Shown in pieces: positions 14,201 to 32,609 of a DNA stretch of 64,000 nucleotides (position 1 is the first letter of the stretch; each line of letters opens with the position of its first letter). A program made the translations under genes and the position numbers. The stretch is from Eledone cirrhosa (taxonomy: Eukaryota), in contig OZ024763.1 of NCBI GenBank assembly GCA_964016885.1, positions 22,630,001 through 22,694,000 of the forward strand. The letters are read 5' to 3'. The notes under the pieces were generated by a model. That model saw nothing but the letters and a program-made list of their open reading frames with translations. It searched no databases and was not told the DNA's origin.

Positions 14201-17200
14201 ACAGTGTCTTTCATTAGAAATATGGTAATGAAGGGGTTAATGACATAGACAGTGTCTTTCATTAGAAATATGGTAATGAAAGGGTTAAAGACATAGACAG
14301 TGTCTTTCATTAGAAATATGGTAATGAAGGGGTTAATGACATAGACAGTGTCTTTCATTAGAAATATGGTAATGAAAGGGTTAATGACATAGACAGTGTC
14401 TTTCATTAGAAATATGGTAATGAAAGGGTTAAAGACATAGACAGTGTCTTTCATTAGAAATATGGTAATGAAAGGGTTAAAGACATAGACAGTGTCTTTC
14501 ATTAGAAATATGGTAATGAAAGGGTTAAAGACATAGACTGTGCCTTTCATTAGAAATATTGTAATGAAAGGGTTAAAGACATAGACTGTGCCTTTCATTA
14601 GAAATATGGCAATGAAGAGGTTAATGACATAGACAGTGTCTTTCATTAGAAATATGGTAATGAAAGGGTTAATGACATAGACAGTGTCTTTCATTAGAAA
14701 TATGGCAATGAAAGGGTTAAAGACATAGACAGTGTCTTTCATTAGAAATATGGTAATGAAAGGGTTAAAGACATAGACAGTGTCTTTCATTAGAAATATG
14801 GTAATGAAAGGGTTAATGACATAGGTAGTGTCTCTCATTAGAAATATGGTAATGAAGGGGTTAAAGACATAGACAGTGTCTTTCATTAGAAATATGGTAA
14901 TGAAGGGGTTAATGACATAGACAGTGTCTTTCATTAGAAATATGGTAATGAAAGGGTTAATGACATAGACAGTGTCTTTCATTAGAAATATGGCAATGAA
15001 AGGGTTAAAGACATAGACAGTGTCTTTCATTAGAAATATGGTAATGAAAGGGTTAAAGACATAGACTGTGCCTTTCATTAGAAATATGGTAATGAAGGGG
15101 TTAATGACATAGACAGTGTCTTTCATTAGAAATATTGTAATGAAAGGGTTAATGACATAGACAGTGTCTTTCATTAGAAATATGGTAATGAAAGGGTTAA
15201 TGACATAGACAGTGTCTTTCATTAGAAATATGGTAATGAAAGGGTTAATGACATAGACAGTGTCTTTCATTAGAAATATGGTAATGAAAGGGTTAAAGAC
15301 ATAGACAGTGTCTTTCATTAGAAATATGGTAATGAAAGGGTTAAAGCCATAGACTGTGTCTTTCATTAGAAATATGGTAATGAAGGGGTTAATGACATAG
15401 ACAGTGTCTTTCATTAGAAATATGGTAATGAAAGGGTTAATGACATAGACAGTGTCTTTCATTAGAAATATGGTAATGAAAGGGTTAATGACATAGACAG
15501 TGTCTTTCATTAGAAATATGGTAATGAAAGGGTTAAAGACATAGACAGTGTCTTTCATTAGAAATATGGTAATGAAAGGGTTAAAGACATAGACAGTGTC
15601 TTTCATTAGAAATATGGTAATGAAAGGGTTAAAGCCATAGACTGTGTCTTTCATTAGAAATATGGTAATGAAGGGGTTAATGACATAGACAGTGTCTTTC
15701 ATTAGAAATATGGTAATGAAAGGGTTAATGACATAGACAGTGTCTTTCATTAGAAATATGGTAATGAAAGGGTTAATGACATAGACAGTGTCTTTCATTA
15801 GAAATATGGTAATGAAAGGGTTAATGACATAGACAGTGTCTTTCATTAGAAATATGGTAATGAAAGGGTTAAAGACATAGACAGTGTCTTTCATTAGAAA
15901 TATGGTAATGAAAGGGTTAAAGACATAGACAGTGTCTTTCATTAGAAATATGGTAATGAAAGGGTTAAAGACATAGACAGTGTCTTTCATTAGAAATATG
16001 GTAATGAAAGGGTTAAAGACATAGACAGTGTCTTTCATTAGAAATATGGTAATGAAAGGGTTAAAGACATAGACAGTGTCTTTCATTAGAAATATGGTAA
16101 TGAAAGGGTTAAAGACATAGACAGTGTCTTTCATTAGAAATATGGTAATGAAAGGGTTAAAGACATAGACAGTGTCTTTCATTAGAAATATGGTAATGAA
16201 AGGGTTAAAGACATAGACAGTGTCTTTCATTAGAAATATGGTAATGAAAGGGTTAAAGACATAGACAGTGTCTTTCATTAGAAATATGGTAATGAAAGGG
16301 TTAAAGACATAGACAGTGTCTTTCATTAGAAATATGGTAATGAAAGGGTTAAAGACATAGACAGTGTCTTTCATTAGAAATATGGTAATGAAAGGGTTAA
16401 AGACATAGACAGTGTCTTTCATTAGAAATATGGTAATGAAAGGGTTAATGACATAGACAGTGTCTTTCATTAGAAATATGGTAATGAAAGGGTTAAAGAC
16501 ATAGACTGTGTCTTTCATTAGAAATATGGTAATGAAGGGGTTAATGACATAGACAGTGTCTTTCATTAGAAATATGGTAATAAAAGGGTTAATGACATAG
16601 ACAGTGTCTTTCATTAGAAATATGGTAATGAAAGGGTTAAAGACATAGACAGTGTCTTTCATTAGAAATATGGTAATAAAACGGTTAATGACATAGGCAG
16701 TGTCTTTTATTAGAAATATGGTAATGAAGGGGTTAATGACATAGACAATGTCTTTCATTAGAAATATGGTAATGAAAGGGTTAAAGACATAGACAGTGTC
16801 TTTCATTAGAAATGTGGTAATGAAAGGGTTAATGACATAGGTAGTGTCTTTCATTAGAAATATGGTAATGAAAGGGTTAATGACATAGACAGTGTCTTTC
16901 ATTAGAAATATGGTAATGAAAGGGTTAAAGACATAGACAGTGTCTTTCATTAGAAATATGGTAATAAAACGGTTAATGACATAGGCAGTGTCTTTTATTA
17001 GAAATATGGTAATGAAGGGGTTAATGACATAGACAATGTCTTTCATTAGAAATATGGTAATGAAAGGGTTAAAGACATAGACAGTGTCTTTCATTAGAAA
17101 TATGGTAATGAAAGGGTTAATGACATAGGTAGTGTCTTTCATTAGAAATGTGGTAATGAAAGGGTTAATGACATAGGTAGTGTCTTTCATTAGAAATATG

Positions 17201-17312
17201 GTAATGAAAGGGTTAATGACATAGGTAGTGTCTTTCATTAGAAATATGGTAATGAAAGGGTTAATGACATAGGTAGTGTCTTTCATTAGAAATGTGGTAA
17301 GGAAAGAGTTAA
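11215..17312. repeat. 6.1 kb satellite, 48 bp unit (~127 copies)
   Basis: Unit GACATAGACAGTGTCTTTCATTAGAAATATGGTAATGAAAGGGTTAA(T/A); the minus strand begins TTAACCCTTTCATTACCATATTTCT. Confidence 0.98.
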
Positions 17313-17340
17313 ATTTCTTTTGCTTTTTCTTCTTCTCCAG

Positions 17341-17508
17341 AGAACCAAAGCTATTGTTGACCAAACAAAACTGCGAGAGATTGAATTACACGATGCTAGA
17401 CTTGCAGAAATTATTCAAGAGCAGGAGAAGATGAAAGTCCGGAGAGTTCGAGGGAGGCGGGAAAGAGCGGCTGATGAAAGACAGCAACAGTCAGGAAAAG
17501 ATAGTCAG
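17341..17508 (+). CDS. CCDC50: CCDC50-like gene, exon C (RTKAIVDQTKLREIELHDARLAEIIQEQEKMKVRRVRGRRERAADERQQQSGKDSQ)
   Basis: Long pyrimidine tract plus CAG, donor GTAATC, 168 nt, phase 0-0; coiled coil with a second MIU-like DARLAEIIQEQE. Confidence 0.85.
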
Positions 17509-17720
17509 GTAATCTTATTACCAAAAATACTGCTACAGACATTTTTGATATAGAAATATATGTCCTTGGGTTTTTTTAAAAATATGTTCTTGCTTTTTTG
17601 TTGTTGATTTTTTTGGAATCATCTTCTGCCAATACAACCTTTTTGTCCATTTTCTCTGAAAGATAATTTTACTTCATATTCGTTGATTTTTCCCAACAAA
17701 ATACAACATAAATAACTGCT

Positions 17721-17945
17721 TTAACCCTTTACCATTTACATTACTCTATATTTATTATTATATTTTCACGGTAAAGGATTTATCTTACATAATATCTCAC
17801 ATAATATCGAATCTATGAGATTTTGATATTATTTATTTTGAGAATAATACCTTTGTTGTATGAGTGGCTAGTTACAGCCAGTTTGAACAGAAAAAAGTGA
17901 GAGAATTCTGGCCGGATGTGGCTGGTTTAAATGCTAAAGGGTTAA
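17721..17945 (-). mobile_element. Unexpanded 225 bp copy of the TTAA MITE, opposite orientation to 7073-8365
   Basis: TTAACCCTTTACCATTTAC...TAAATGCTAAAGGGTTAA; carries one copy of the unit that is tandem-amplified in the other two copies. Confidence 0.9.
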
Positions 17946-18299
17946 GGCCATTTTGTTTTTTCTGTTCAGTCAGGTCTTAGAATTGCAGGAATCAACATTG
18001 GAACTATCTACAGCCAAAACAACCATATTCTTCACTGAAAGATAATTTTGCATGAGATTTTTTTTATTTCAACAGAATCCAACAGCAACCAGAAACCTTT
18101 TAAGGGCCATTTTTATCTGCTAAAGCTGGTGGTAGCATTGCAAGGATCTACAGATAGATTTAGGGAACATCAATAGAAATACCTTCTGTTATTACAACAT
18201 GGTTCTTTTGAAAGATTATTTTACAATATATATTTTTTTCATTTGAACAGAATGGTGTCCAGTCGTAGAAAACGACTCTTCAGTTGTGTCAAAGGCATG

Positions 18300-18665
18300 G
18301 CAGCCTCTAATGCTGGTTGACATTATTAAAGTGCACCAATGATACTCTGTAAAGTGGCTGGTGATAGGAAGGGTGTCCAGATGTAGAAAAGATGTTTGCA
18401 AAGATATGGTGACCTCTAATGTTGGGTGACACTATTAAAGTGCACCCATGAGACTCTGTAAAGTGGCTCAGAAGATGTGTTAGACAAAACTATAATCAGA
18501 ATAAAATCATTAAGCAAACACAACTCAGATTATTTTACTGATAAAGAAATTAGTTAATTATGTAACTTCTAAGGGTCACTGAAGATTCATAAAAGCTCGA
18601 AAACACAGGGAGCTATGAATAAACAGTGAATGGCTGGTGATAGGAAGGGTATCCAGTTGTAGAAA
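18300..18665 (+). mobile_element. Degenerate retroposon fragments (GTAAAGTGGCTGGTGATAGGAAGGG..TCCAG.TGTAGAAAA), locally duplicated
   Basis: Motif pieces repeated at ~18330, ~18435 and ~18630. Confidence 0.55.
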
Positions 18666-18869
18666 ACTTATCAAAAGGTTGGATCCCCTTCCTTTCACCA
18701 ACCAAGAAATATTGATTTATTTTTGATAAACATGAAACTAACTTTTGTAGAGAGTTGTTAGGAAATATGGGGTGAGAGTTGAGTTAGGTCTGATAGAAAC
18801 TACAGCTGTTACAATTGAGTAGAACTTGGTAGTATACACACACATGCTCATTTACCACTATTTGATACA

Positions 18870-19175
18870 AATATTTACATCTGTTGGTTGATATCAATAG
18901 TTACATCTGTTGTTTGACATGAATATTTACACCTGTTGGTTGATTATGAATATTTAAATCTGTTGGTTGGTATGGACTTTTACATCTGTTGGTTGATATT
19001 GACTTTTTACATCTATTGGTTGGTATCACTATTACATCTGTTGGTTGGTGTGGACTTTTACATCTGTTGGTTGATATGAATATTTACATCTGTTGGTTGG
19101 TATGACTATTACATCTGTTGGTTGATATGAGTATTTACATCTGTTGGTTGATATATGGACATCTGTTGGTTGATA
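18870..19175. repeat. ~26 bp degenerate minisatellite (TTTACATCTGTTGGTTG..ATG)
   Basis: About 11 units. Confidence 0.9.
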
Positions 19176-19451
19176 TGTTTTTTCATGTGTGTTCGTTGTG
19201 TGTGTGTTATGTTTTTGCATATTTGTTTGGTTCAACTATTTTTTTATATGTTGTTTGATGTTTTAAATATATTTGCTATGTTTTTTTTTTACATTATTTG
19301 ATATGTTTTTTTATATTGTTTGATATTGGGACTGTATTTTGATGGGTGTTTCCTTTGAACAGTTTTGGAGCAGTTGTTGTTGTTGTCGTTGCTACTGTTG
19401 CTGCTAAATTTCTTTAAAAATATACCAACATTGTCATCTGTCTATAGCTCA

Positions 19452-19452
19452 C

Positions 19453-19511
<59 letters not shown>

Positions 19512-20013
19512 GTATGTATATATATATGTATGTATATATATATGTATATATATGTATGTATGTATATATAGTATGTATATATATATGTATGTATATATAT
19601 ATGTATATATATATATGTATATATATGTATGTATATATGTATGTATATATATATGTATGTATATATATATATATGTATGTATATATATATATGTATATAT
19701 ATGTATGTATGTATATATATATATATGTATATATATGTATGTATGTATATATATATGTATATATATGTATATGTATGTATGTATGTATATATATATATGT
19801 ATGTATATATATATGTATGTATATATATATATGTATGTATATATATATATATGTATGTATATATATATGTATGTATATATATATATGTATGTATATATAT
19901 ATATATGTATGTATATATATATGTATGTATATATATATGTATGTATATATATATATGTATGTATATATATATATGTATGTATATATATATGTATATATGT
20001 ATGTATATATATG

Positions 20014-20045
<32 letters not shown>

Positions 20046-20355
20046 TATATGTATGTATATATATATATGTATATATATGTATGTATGTATATATATATAT
20101 ATGTATATATATGTATGTATGTATATATATATATATGTATATATATGTATGTATATTATATATGTATATGTATGTATATATATATGTATGTATATATATA
20201 TGTATATATGTATGTATATATATATGTATGTATATATATATTATATATGTATGTATATATATATGTATGTATATATATATGTATATGTATGTATATATGT
20301 ATATGTATGTATATATATATATGTATATGTATGTATATATATATGTATATATATG

Positions 20356-20387
<32 letters not shown>

Positions 20388-21297
20388 TGTATATATATGT
20401 ATGTATATATATATGTATGTATATATATATGTATGTATATATATATGTATGTATATATATATGTATATATATATATGTATATATATGTATGTATATATGT
20501 ATGTATATATATATGTATGTGTATATATATGTATGTATATATGTATGTATATATATATGTATGTATATATATATATATATATATGTATGTATATATATAT
20601 GTATATGTATGTATATATATATGTATATGTATGTATATGTATATATATATATGTATGTATATATATATGTATGTATATATATATGTATGTATGTATATAT
20701 ATATGTATATATATGTATGTATGTATATATATATGTATATATATATGTATGTATGTATATATATATGTATATATATATGTATGTATGTATATATATATGT
20801 ATATATATGTATGTATGTATATATATATGTATGTATGTATATATATATGTATATATATATGTATGTATATATATATGTATGTCTATATATATGTATATAT
20901 ATGTATGTATGTATATATATGTATATATATGTATGTATGTATATATATATATATGTATATATATGTATGTATGTATATATATATGTATATATATATATAT
21001 ATGTATATGTATGTATGTATGTATATATGTATGTATATATATATGTATGTATATATATATGTATGTATATATATATATATGTATGTATATATGTATGTAT
21101 GTATATATATATGTATATATATATATATGTATATGTATGTATGTATGTATATATATATGTATGTATATATATATGTATGTATATATATATATATGTATGT
21201 ATATATATATGTATGTATATATATATATGTATGTATATATATATGTATGTATATATATATATGTATGTATATATATATATGTATGTATATATATATG

Positions 21298-21333
<36 letters not shown>

Positions 21334-21343
21334 TATATGTATG

Positions 21344-21380
<37 letters not shown>

Positions 21381-21787
21381 ATATATATATATGTATATAT
21401 ATGTATGTATGTATATATATATGTATATATATATATATGTATATGTATGTATATGTATATGTATGTATATATATATGTATGTATATATATATGTATATAT
21501 GTATGTATATATATATGTATGTATATATATATATATATGTATGTATATATATATGTATGTATATATATATATATATGTATGTATATATATATGTATGTAT
21601 ATATATATGTATATGTATGTATATATGTATATGTATGTATATATGTATATGTATGTATATATATATGTATATTATGTATTGTATGTATATATATGTATGT
21701 ATATATATATGTATATATATATGTATGTATATATATATGTATATATATGTATGTATATATATAAGTATATGTATATATGTATGTATG

Positions 21788-21821
<34 letters not shown>

Positions 21822-21845
21822 TGCGTATATATATGTATGTATATG

Positions 21846-21879
<34 letters not shown>

Positions 21880-21946
21880 TGCGTATATATATGTATGTAT
21901 ATATATATGTATATATATATGCGTATATATATGTATGTATGTATAT

Positions 21947-21987
<41 letters not shown>

Positions 21988-22050
21988 TGCGTATATATAT
22001 ATATATGTGTATATATATATGTATGTATATATATATATATATGTATATAT
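19452..22050. repeat. 2.6 kb (TA)n/(TATG)n microsatellite
   Basis: Direct reading. Confidence 0.98.
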
Positions 22051-22195
22051 TGAAAGAGTGAAGAATAACATGGACAACAGTACAGAAAATGGTTTTATTT
22101 ACAGTCTTAATTGTTAGCCGTAGCTAAAACTATCCACAATACGAAGGATTCACAACCTCTAACTGGATTACCGATAACAATATTTTGTTATCCCT
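22051..22195 (-). mobile_element. Interspersed repeat end abutting (TA)n; second copy at 61197-61320
   Basis: TGAAAGAGTGAAGAATAACATGG.CAACAGTACA.AAA shared by both loci. Confidence 0.7.
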
Positions 22196-22231
<36 letters not shown>

Positions 22232-22306
22232 AATACATATACATATATATTTCGTTTCTGAATTTGTTTAGCAAGATTCTTTATCTGAAAACGTGTGTTG
22301 AAACCG

Positions 22307-22693
22307 ATATTGTTATACTTTGGGAGGGTCATGTTGCCAATAAGAAACACACACACCAGTTGCTTTCACTTCAATTTATTATATATTTATAAATTTAGGA
22401 ATTTATAAATTTCCGGTTGGTTGGTTGGTTCCACAACCAGATGGTTGTTTATATATTGTCAAAGTTCTTTCGTTACATATTCTGTGACCTCTTCAGTGAC
22501 TGAGCATTCTTTTCTTTGTTTTTTTTTGCCTCTCCTTTGTTCTGTCTTACGCCATCTTGTTTTTTCAAGATGGCGTAGGCCAGAACAAAGGAGAGGCACA
22601 AAAAACAAAGATTTATTATAATAAATTGAAGTGAAAGCAACTGGTGTGTGTGTTTCTTATTGGCAACATGACCCTCCCAAAGTATAACAATAT
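22307..22693. mobile_element. Fold-back element: ~77 bp inverted arms enclosing a second ~97 bp hairpin (22514-22610)
   Basis: ATATTGTTATACTTTGGGAGGGTCATG...CAATTTATTATA and its exact reverse complement at 22617-22693. Confidence 0.85.
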
Positions 22694-22859
22694 ATATATA
22701 TACATATATGTATATATATATATATAAATATGTATATGTATATATATATATATTTAAATATATATATACATATATGTATATGTATATATATATATAGACA
22801 TATATATATATGTATATATATATAGACATGTATATATATATATAGACATATACATAGAC

Positions 22860-22997
22860 ACGAGGGAAACCTAAGGGCAGCAGCAACAAACTCCCTCCTA
22901 CACCAGTGGCCAACCTATACAGGCTGGAGATAAAATGTGTAGCAACAAGGGCGGTGCCCCAGCATGGCCTCAGCCGATGGCTGAAACAGGTAAAAGA

Positions 22998-22998
<1 letters not shown>
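22860..22998 (+). mobile_element. 3' end fragment of a retroposon (GGCGGTGCCCCAGCATGGCC...CTGAAACAGGTAAAAGAGTA)
   Basis: Resembles a recalled, abundant octopus SINE/RTE-type 3' tail; inserted in (TA)n. Confidence 0.6.
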
Positions 22999-25647
<2,649 letters not shown>

Positions 25648-25799
25648 TCTACTCATTGTTCAAACAACAAGAGCTCAGCATCAGGCACTAACTTTTCACT
25701 ATAGCAATCCTCTATTTTCCCAAGTATTGAGTACTTAGCTGAATATGGTCTTACTAGTCTAAACTGGTAACTCTCTCTCTCAGTATACACACACACACT

Positions 25800-25851
<52 letters not shown>

Positions 25852-26380
25852 TACATATATGAAGTAGAAGTCACTAGGTTAGAATTTACCTCATTTCATT
25901 GATTATGTTATATAATCAATAAAATAAGATATATTTTAACTTTATTGATTTCTACTTCATTGTTATACGAATACTGTGGAGTAGTCAGAACTCCATGTAT
26001 ACAACGTTGAGTGCTTTATCCTGCATATACCTGTTGGTATTTGTTGTGGTGGTTAAATAATTTGGCTACATACACCTAGTTGATATATTGTTGTATCAGA
26101 TGAAAGAATGGTATTTAACTAATGTATTGGTATGCGATGGGGCCCACCCACAGCCCCGGCGGACAGAATGGAGAAGGCGTTTCTCGGAGGACGGCAAGGG
26201 AGACGCGCTGGAGTTGTCACCCTTATATAACTTTATGGTTGACTCTGGTCAAGAAATTTGTTAACTTTTCACACCATTGGGTGTTTTGTGAATGCCTCAA
26301 ATAATAATCAACTGGTGTTGGCTCTATTGCAGCTACAAACCTCAAATTGTACCTAATATATACGTGAATGTATGTGTGTG

Positions 26381-26980
26381 AAGGCGTGTGGCTGAATACT
26401 TGGAGAATTGAATCCGCAATCGTGAGGTTGTGAGTTCGATTTCGGGACCAGGCGATGCGTTATGTCCTTGAGCAAGACACTTTATTTCACGTTGCTCCTT
26501 CTACCTGGAGTTGCGACCGATGGATAGTATTACCAATTGGAAAGACCAATGGAAACACTGTTTCCTCGGTCCGCTTTGACGAAAGTCGATCGTTAGGAAT
26601 ATATATACATACACACACGTTTGTCAGTGTATGTATATATATATATGTATATGTATATATGTGTACATATGTATTTATATCTATACACATACAAACTTGA
26701 TAGTATTAGCAATTGGAAAGACCAATGGAAACATTGTTTCCTTGGTCCAATTTGACGAAAGTCGATCGACTGTTGATATATATATCTTGACAGTCGATTG
26801 ACTTTAGATATATATATATATCCTGGACCGGGTGAATGTGTTATGTCCTTGAGCAAGACACTTTATTTCACGTTGCTCCTTCTACCTGGAGTTGCGACCG
26901 CTACATAGTATTAGCAATTAGAAAGACCAATGGAAACAGTTTCCTCGGTCCAATTTGACGGAAGTCTATCGACTGTTGAT
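26381..26980 (+). mobile_element. tRNA-derived SINE (B-box GAGTTCGATTTC, core TGTCCTTGAGCAAGACACTT) with local partial duplications
   Basis: Core repeated at 26821-26900; block GAAAGACCAATGGAAACA.TGTTTCCTCGGTC occurs three times here and again at ~62170. Confidence 0.75.
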
Positions 26981-27492
26981 ATATATGTGTGTGTGTGTGT
27001 GTGTGTGACTATGACTGTCAGTTGCCTAACTTGTACATAAACAAATCTACACCAAACTGCAGTAAACGCAGTCCCTAAACCAATAGCGAACCCACCCACT
27101 AGACTCATTACTGCACACAACATAAAGTTAAAGTCTAACATGTCCTTTAAAACTATGTCCCCACTCTCCCAGCACAACAACAACAACAACCAACCTGCAC
27201 CAATTATTGGAATGGGGGAGGGGGCAAGAGATGTCTAGGGCTGGATTTAATGGGGTGGGGGTTTAACTGCCCTGCCCCCCTGGAATGAGGGACCCGAGCA
27301 GCGACAACCGTAGCAATTTATTTGTTTTAGGATGGTTAGAATTTTTGAATTTAATACCTGTAAATTTTACCTGACATCACTATTGGCGGCATTTTGCTGT
27401 TTTAACAGCTTCCTTGTGCTGAGTTTTCCAATTTTCCTTCAAATTCTAATACACTTGTGTCTCAAACTCGATATTTGAGACAACTTTGTTTA

Positions 27493-27541
<49 letters not shown>

Positions 27542-27654
27542 TATTTCTGGGCAGAATTTGTTAAGCTTCGTTTTTACTAAAACATCTTAAATGCAACACA
27601 AGTTGTTTATAAAGTAACATCGTTGATTACACGTAAGCTTCTGGCTAATTGCAG

Positions 27655-28410
27655 ATAAATGGCCATAGGAATCGGCCACAAAGCATAACTGAGGTTACAT
27701 CTCACCAATCATCATCATCATCATCATTCAATATTGGGCTGCCACCAGTCCAGGCACAGTATGGCAGTACAACTTCTTCTCACATTTCCAACAATTCCAT
27801 AAGCTCAACAACAACACCTGAACAGTCGAAAAAGGAACGCCACCAGCAAATACAACGCGCTGTATCACTAGGACACACATCTGTCCCTGCGTACAGGAAG
27901 ACAGCAGCATCAAAACCACCACCACCACCACCTACTACTACTTCTTCTTTTTCTTCTCATTCGCACATCTCCCATTCAATGAAGGAAAAACTGTCTGATA
28001 AGTCCAATAGTAGCGACCACCATGCCTCATATCGGAACGGTGGTCGACAGACAATGGGTGTTATTCCGACTGGTGCTCAAAACGGTAACGGGAGAGGGCT
28101 CGAATGCCACAACGGCATCGGCAGTCAGCCGAGCGTGAACAGACGGAGACCTCCTCCTGGTCGCGTACCGTGCAACAGAGACAGTCTGAATAACATGGAA
28201 GCACACAACGTGGAGCAGTGGTTGACCGACTGCCCAGTGGAATACAGTCCAAAGAACGGTCACTCACGGAAGTCTCCTTTACGTGAATGGGAATCAGAAT
28301 TGCTCGGTGATCATTTATCAGAAGTAAGCTCCAGGGGGAGCACCGATTTAAGGTTGCCTTCACCTTCCACCTGATAGTTCACACAGCGAACACGATCCTT
28401 CATCACTTAG
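27655..28410 (+). CDS. CCDC50: CCDC50-like gene, large low-complexity Ser/Pro-rich exon D; apparent +1 frameshift at ~28365
   Basis: 240 open codons in frame after TTGCAG; donor AG|GTATGT at 28410/28411; removing one base in 28352-28372 gives LPSPPPDSSHSEHDPSSL and the phase needed for exon E. Confidence 0.75.
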
Positions 28411-28547
28411 GTATGTAACACTAACGCTACTGAGTGTCTTTCTGCTGCTGCTGCTGCTGCTACTACTACTACTGCTGCTGCTATGTTACACCTCTCCCTC
28501 ACAATCCTAACACCCCCTCTCGTTCTCCCTCATTTTCCTCTTTTATT

Positions 28548-28601
<54 letters not shown>

Positions 28602-28610
28602 ACATATATG

Positions 28611-28647
<37 letters not shown>

Positions 28648-28649
28648 CA

Positions 28650-28890
28650 ATATTTATTACACTAAGTATTGTGTCATTTGTGGTACAATTGTTCTTCTGG
28701 TTGTCCGTTTCAGATTTTCACTGAGAAAGGCGCGAAGTCTTCAGTATATGACTCCATTTTTAATGGTTGAAAACCATTACACAATCAGTCATATACTGAA
28801 GACCTGAGGCCTTTTTCAGTGAAAATCTGAAACGGACACGCAGAGGAACAATTGTACCACAAATGACACAATACTTAGTGTAATAAATAT
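28650..28890. mobile_element. Fold-back element with three nested inverted segments
   Basis: ATATTTATTACACTAAGTATTGTGTCATTTGTGGTACAATTG arms; inner TCTTCAGTATATGACT/AGTCATATACTGAAGA and TAATGGTT/AACCATTA. Confidence 0.85.
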
Positions 28891-28920
28891 CTTCTCCCTG
28901 TCTCTTTCATCTGCTATATA

Positions 28921-29004
<84 letters not shown>

Positions 29005-29005
29005 G

Positions 29006-29219
29006 TGTTTCCTTAGGAAAAGTAAAGGAAAAGAGAGTTCTCTATGTAGGCTACAGAGCTTTTTAGTTATGTAATAAACAACATAAGATAATTATTTCAT
29101 TTACCAAAAGTTTCACAAAGACAGACGAGCTTGGCACAGACGTCTGTGTCAGGCTCATCTGTCTTCGTGAAACCTTTGGTGAATGGAATAATTATCTTAT
29201 GTTGTTTATTACATAACTA
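29006..29219. mobile_element. Palindromic element centred on CACAGACGTCTGTG (arms 29064-29219); relative at 61637-61810
   Basis: Loop-less ~78 bp arms; the left extension matches the reverse complement of 61750-61810. Confidence 0.85.
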
Positions 29220-29749
29220 TATATATATATGTATGTGTGTGTGTCTTTTCCTTTTCCTCTCATCCCATATACACACTCATGCATACATCTCTTTTCTCTC
29301 CTACTTTCTCCCTCTCTATTCCCCTGCAATATCCTGTGTCTGTTGTTTCTCTCTCTCTCTCTCTTTGTCCCTCTCTCTATCTCTTTCTCTCCCTTTCTCT
29401 ATCTCTCTCTCTCTCCTACTCTTTAGCTCTCAGTCCTCTCTCTCACTCTCAGTCCCCTCTCTCTCTCTCTCAACCATCTCTCCATATTTTACTGCACTTC
29501 TATCCCTTCCCCACCGCCATCACCACCTCCATCACCCCTCCCTTGCTTTATCATCTGCTTGTGCGTCTTGTACATCTTTATCATCTGCTTGTTACATCTG
29601 CTTATACATCTTGTGCTTCTGGTACATCTTGTACTTCTGGTACATCTTGTACATCTGCTTCTTCCTTAGTTTAAATATTGGCTGAAAATATCGCTTTTTA
29701 CTAATTGAACAACTTTATTGATATTAACACCATTTTATTTTATTTCATT

Positions 29750-32150
<2,401 letters not shown>

Positions 32151-32319
32151 ATTGTATTATTTTAAGTTAATTCTGCTTTCCAGCACAATTTTTTTTTCTT
32201 TTCTGTGTCAAGAGAATTTTAATATATTTTAGTTGATTGAGATTCAGAGGTCAAAAGGTCAATTCTGGAGGTCAGTCATAGGCTGGCTAGTCACTCCAGA
32301 GGTCATACAGGTACACACA

Positions 32320-32505
32320 GTGTGATGACCTCATAACACACACATTGTGATGACCCCATAGCACCACATTGTGATGACCTTATTGTACACACATTATAAT
32401 GACTTCATAGTGCACTCATTGTGGTGACCTCATTGCACACACATTGTGATGACCTCATAGCACACAAATTGTGGTGACCTCATAGCACACACATTGTGAT
32501 GACAT
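32320..32505. repeat. ~25 bp degenerate minisatellite (ATTGTGATGACCTCATAGCACACAC)
   Basis: About 7 units. Confidence 0.85.
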
Positions 32506-32609
32506 ACTTCAAGCCATAAATTTGTTCTTCCTTAGAGTTTTATTTCTTCTTTCATTCAATTTCTTGTCACATTTAAACATATTTTTTTAATATTTCTTCA
32601 GCTACAAAC

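Noticed and set aside
11209-17364. 2051 aa minus-strand ORF (MKDTVYVINPFITIFL)n
   Set aside because: A 48 bp unit with a stop-free frame stays open automatically; it is antisense and intronic, and nothing supports coding function
27236-27310. hAT-like terminus TAGGGCTGGATTTA
   Set aside because: No matching opposite TIR or TSD found
28321-28329. Alternative donor GAA|GTAAGC as an escape from the premature stop
   Set aside because: It is phase 0, so joining exon E gives an immediate TAG (or TGA after three codons from the NAGNAG site), and exons F and G need phase 1
28372-28410. A-to-I editing of TGA/TAG as a read-through mechanism
   Set aside because: It would need several stops edited and would still enter exon E out of frame
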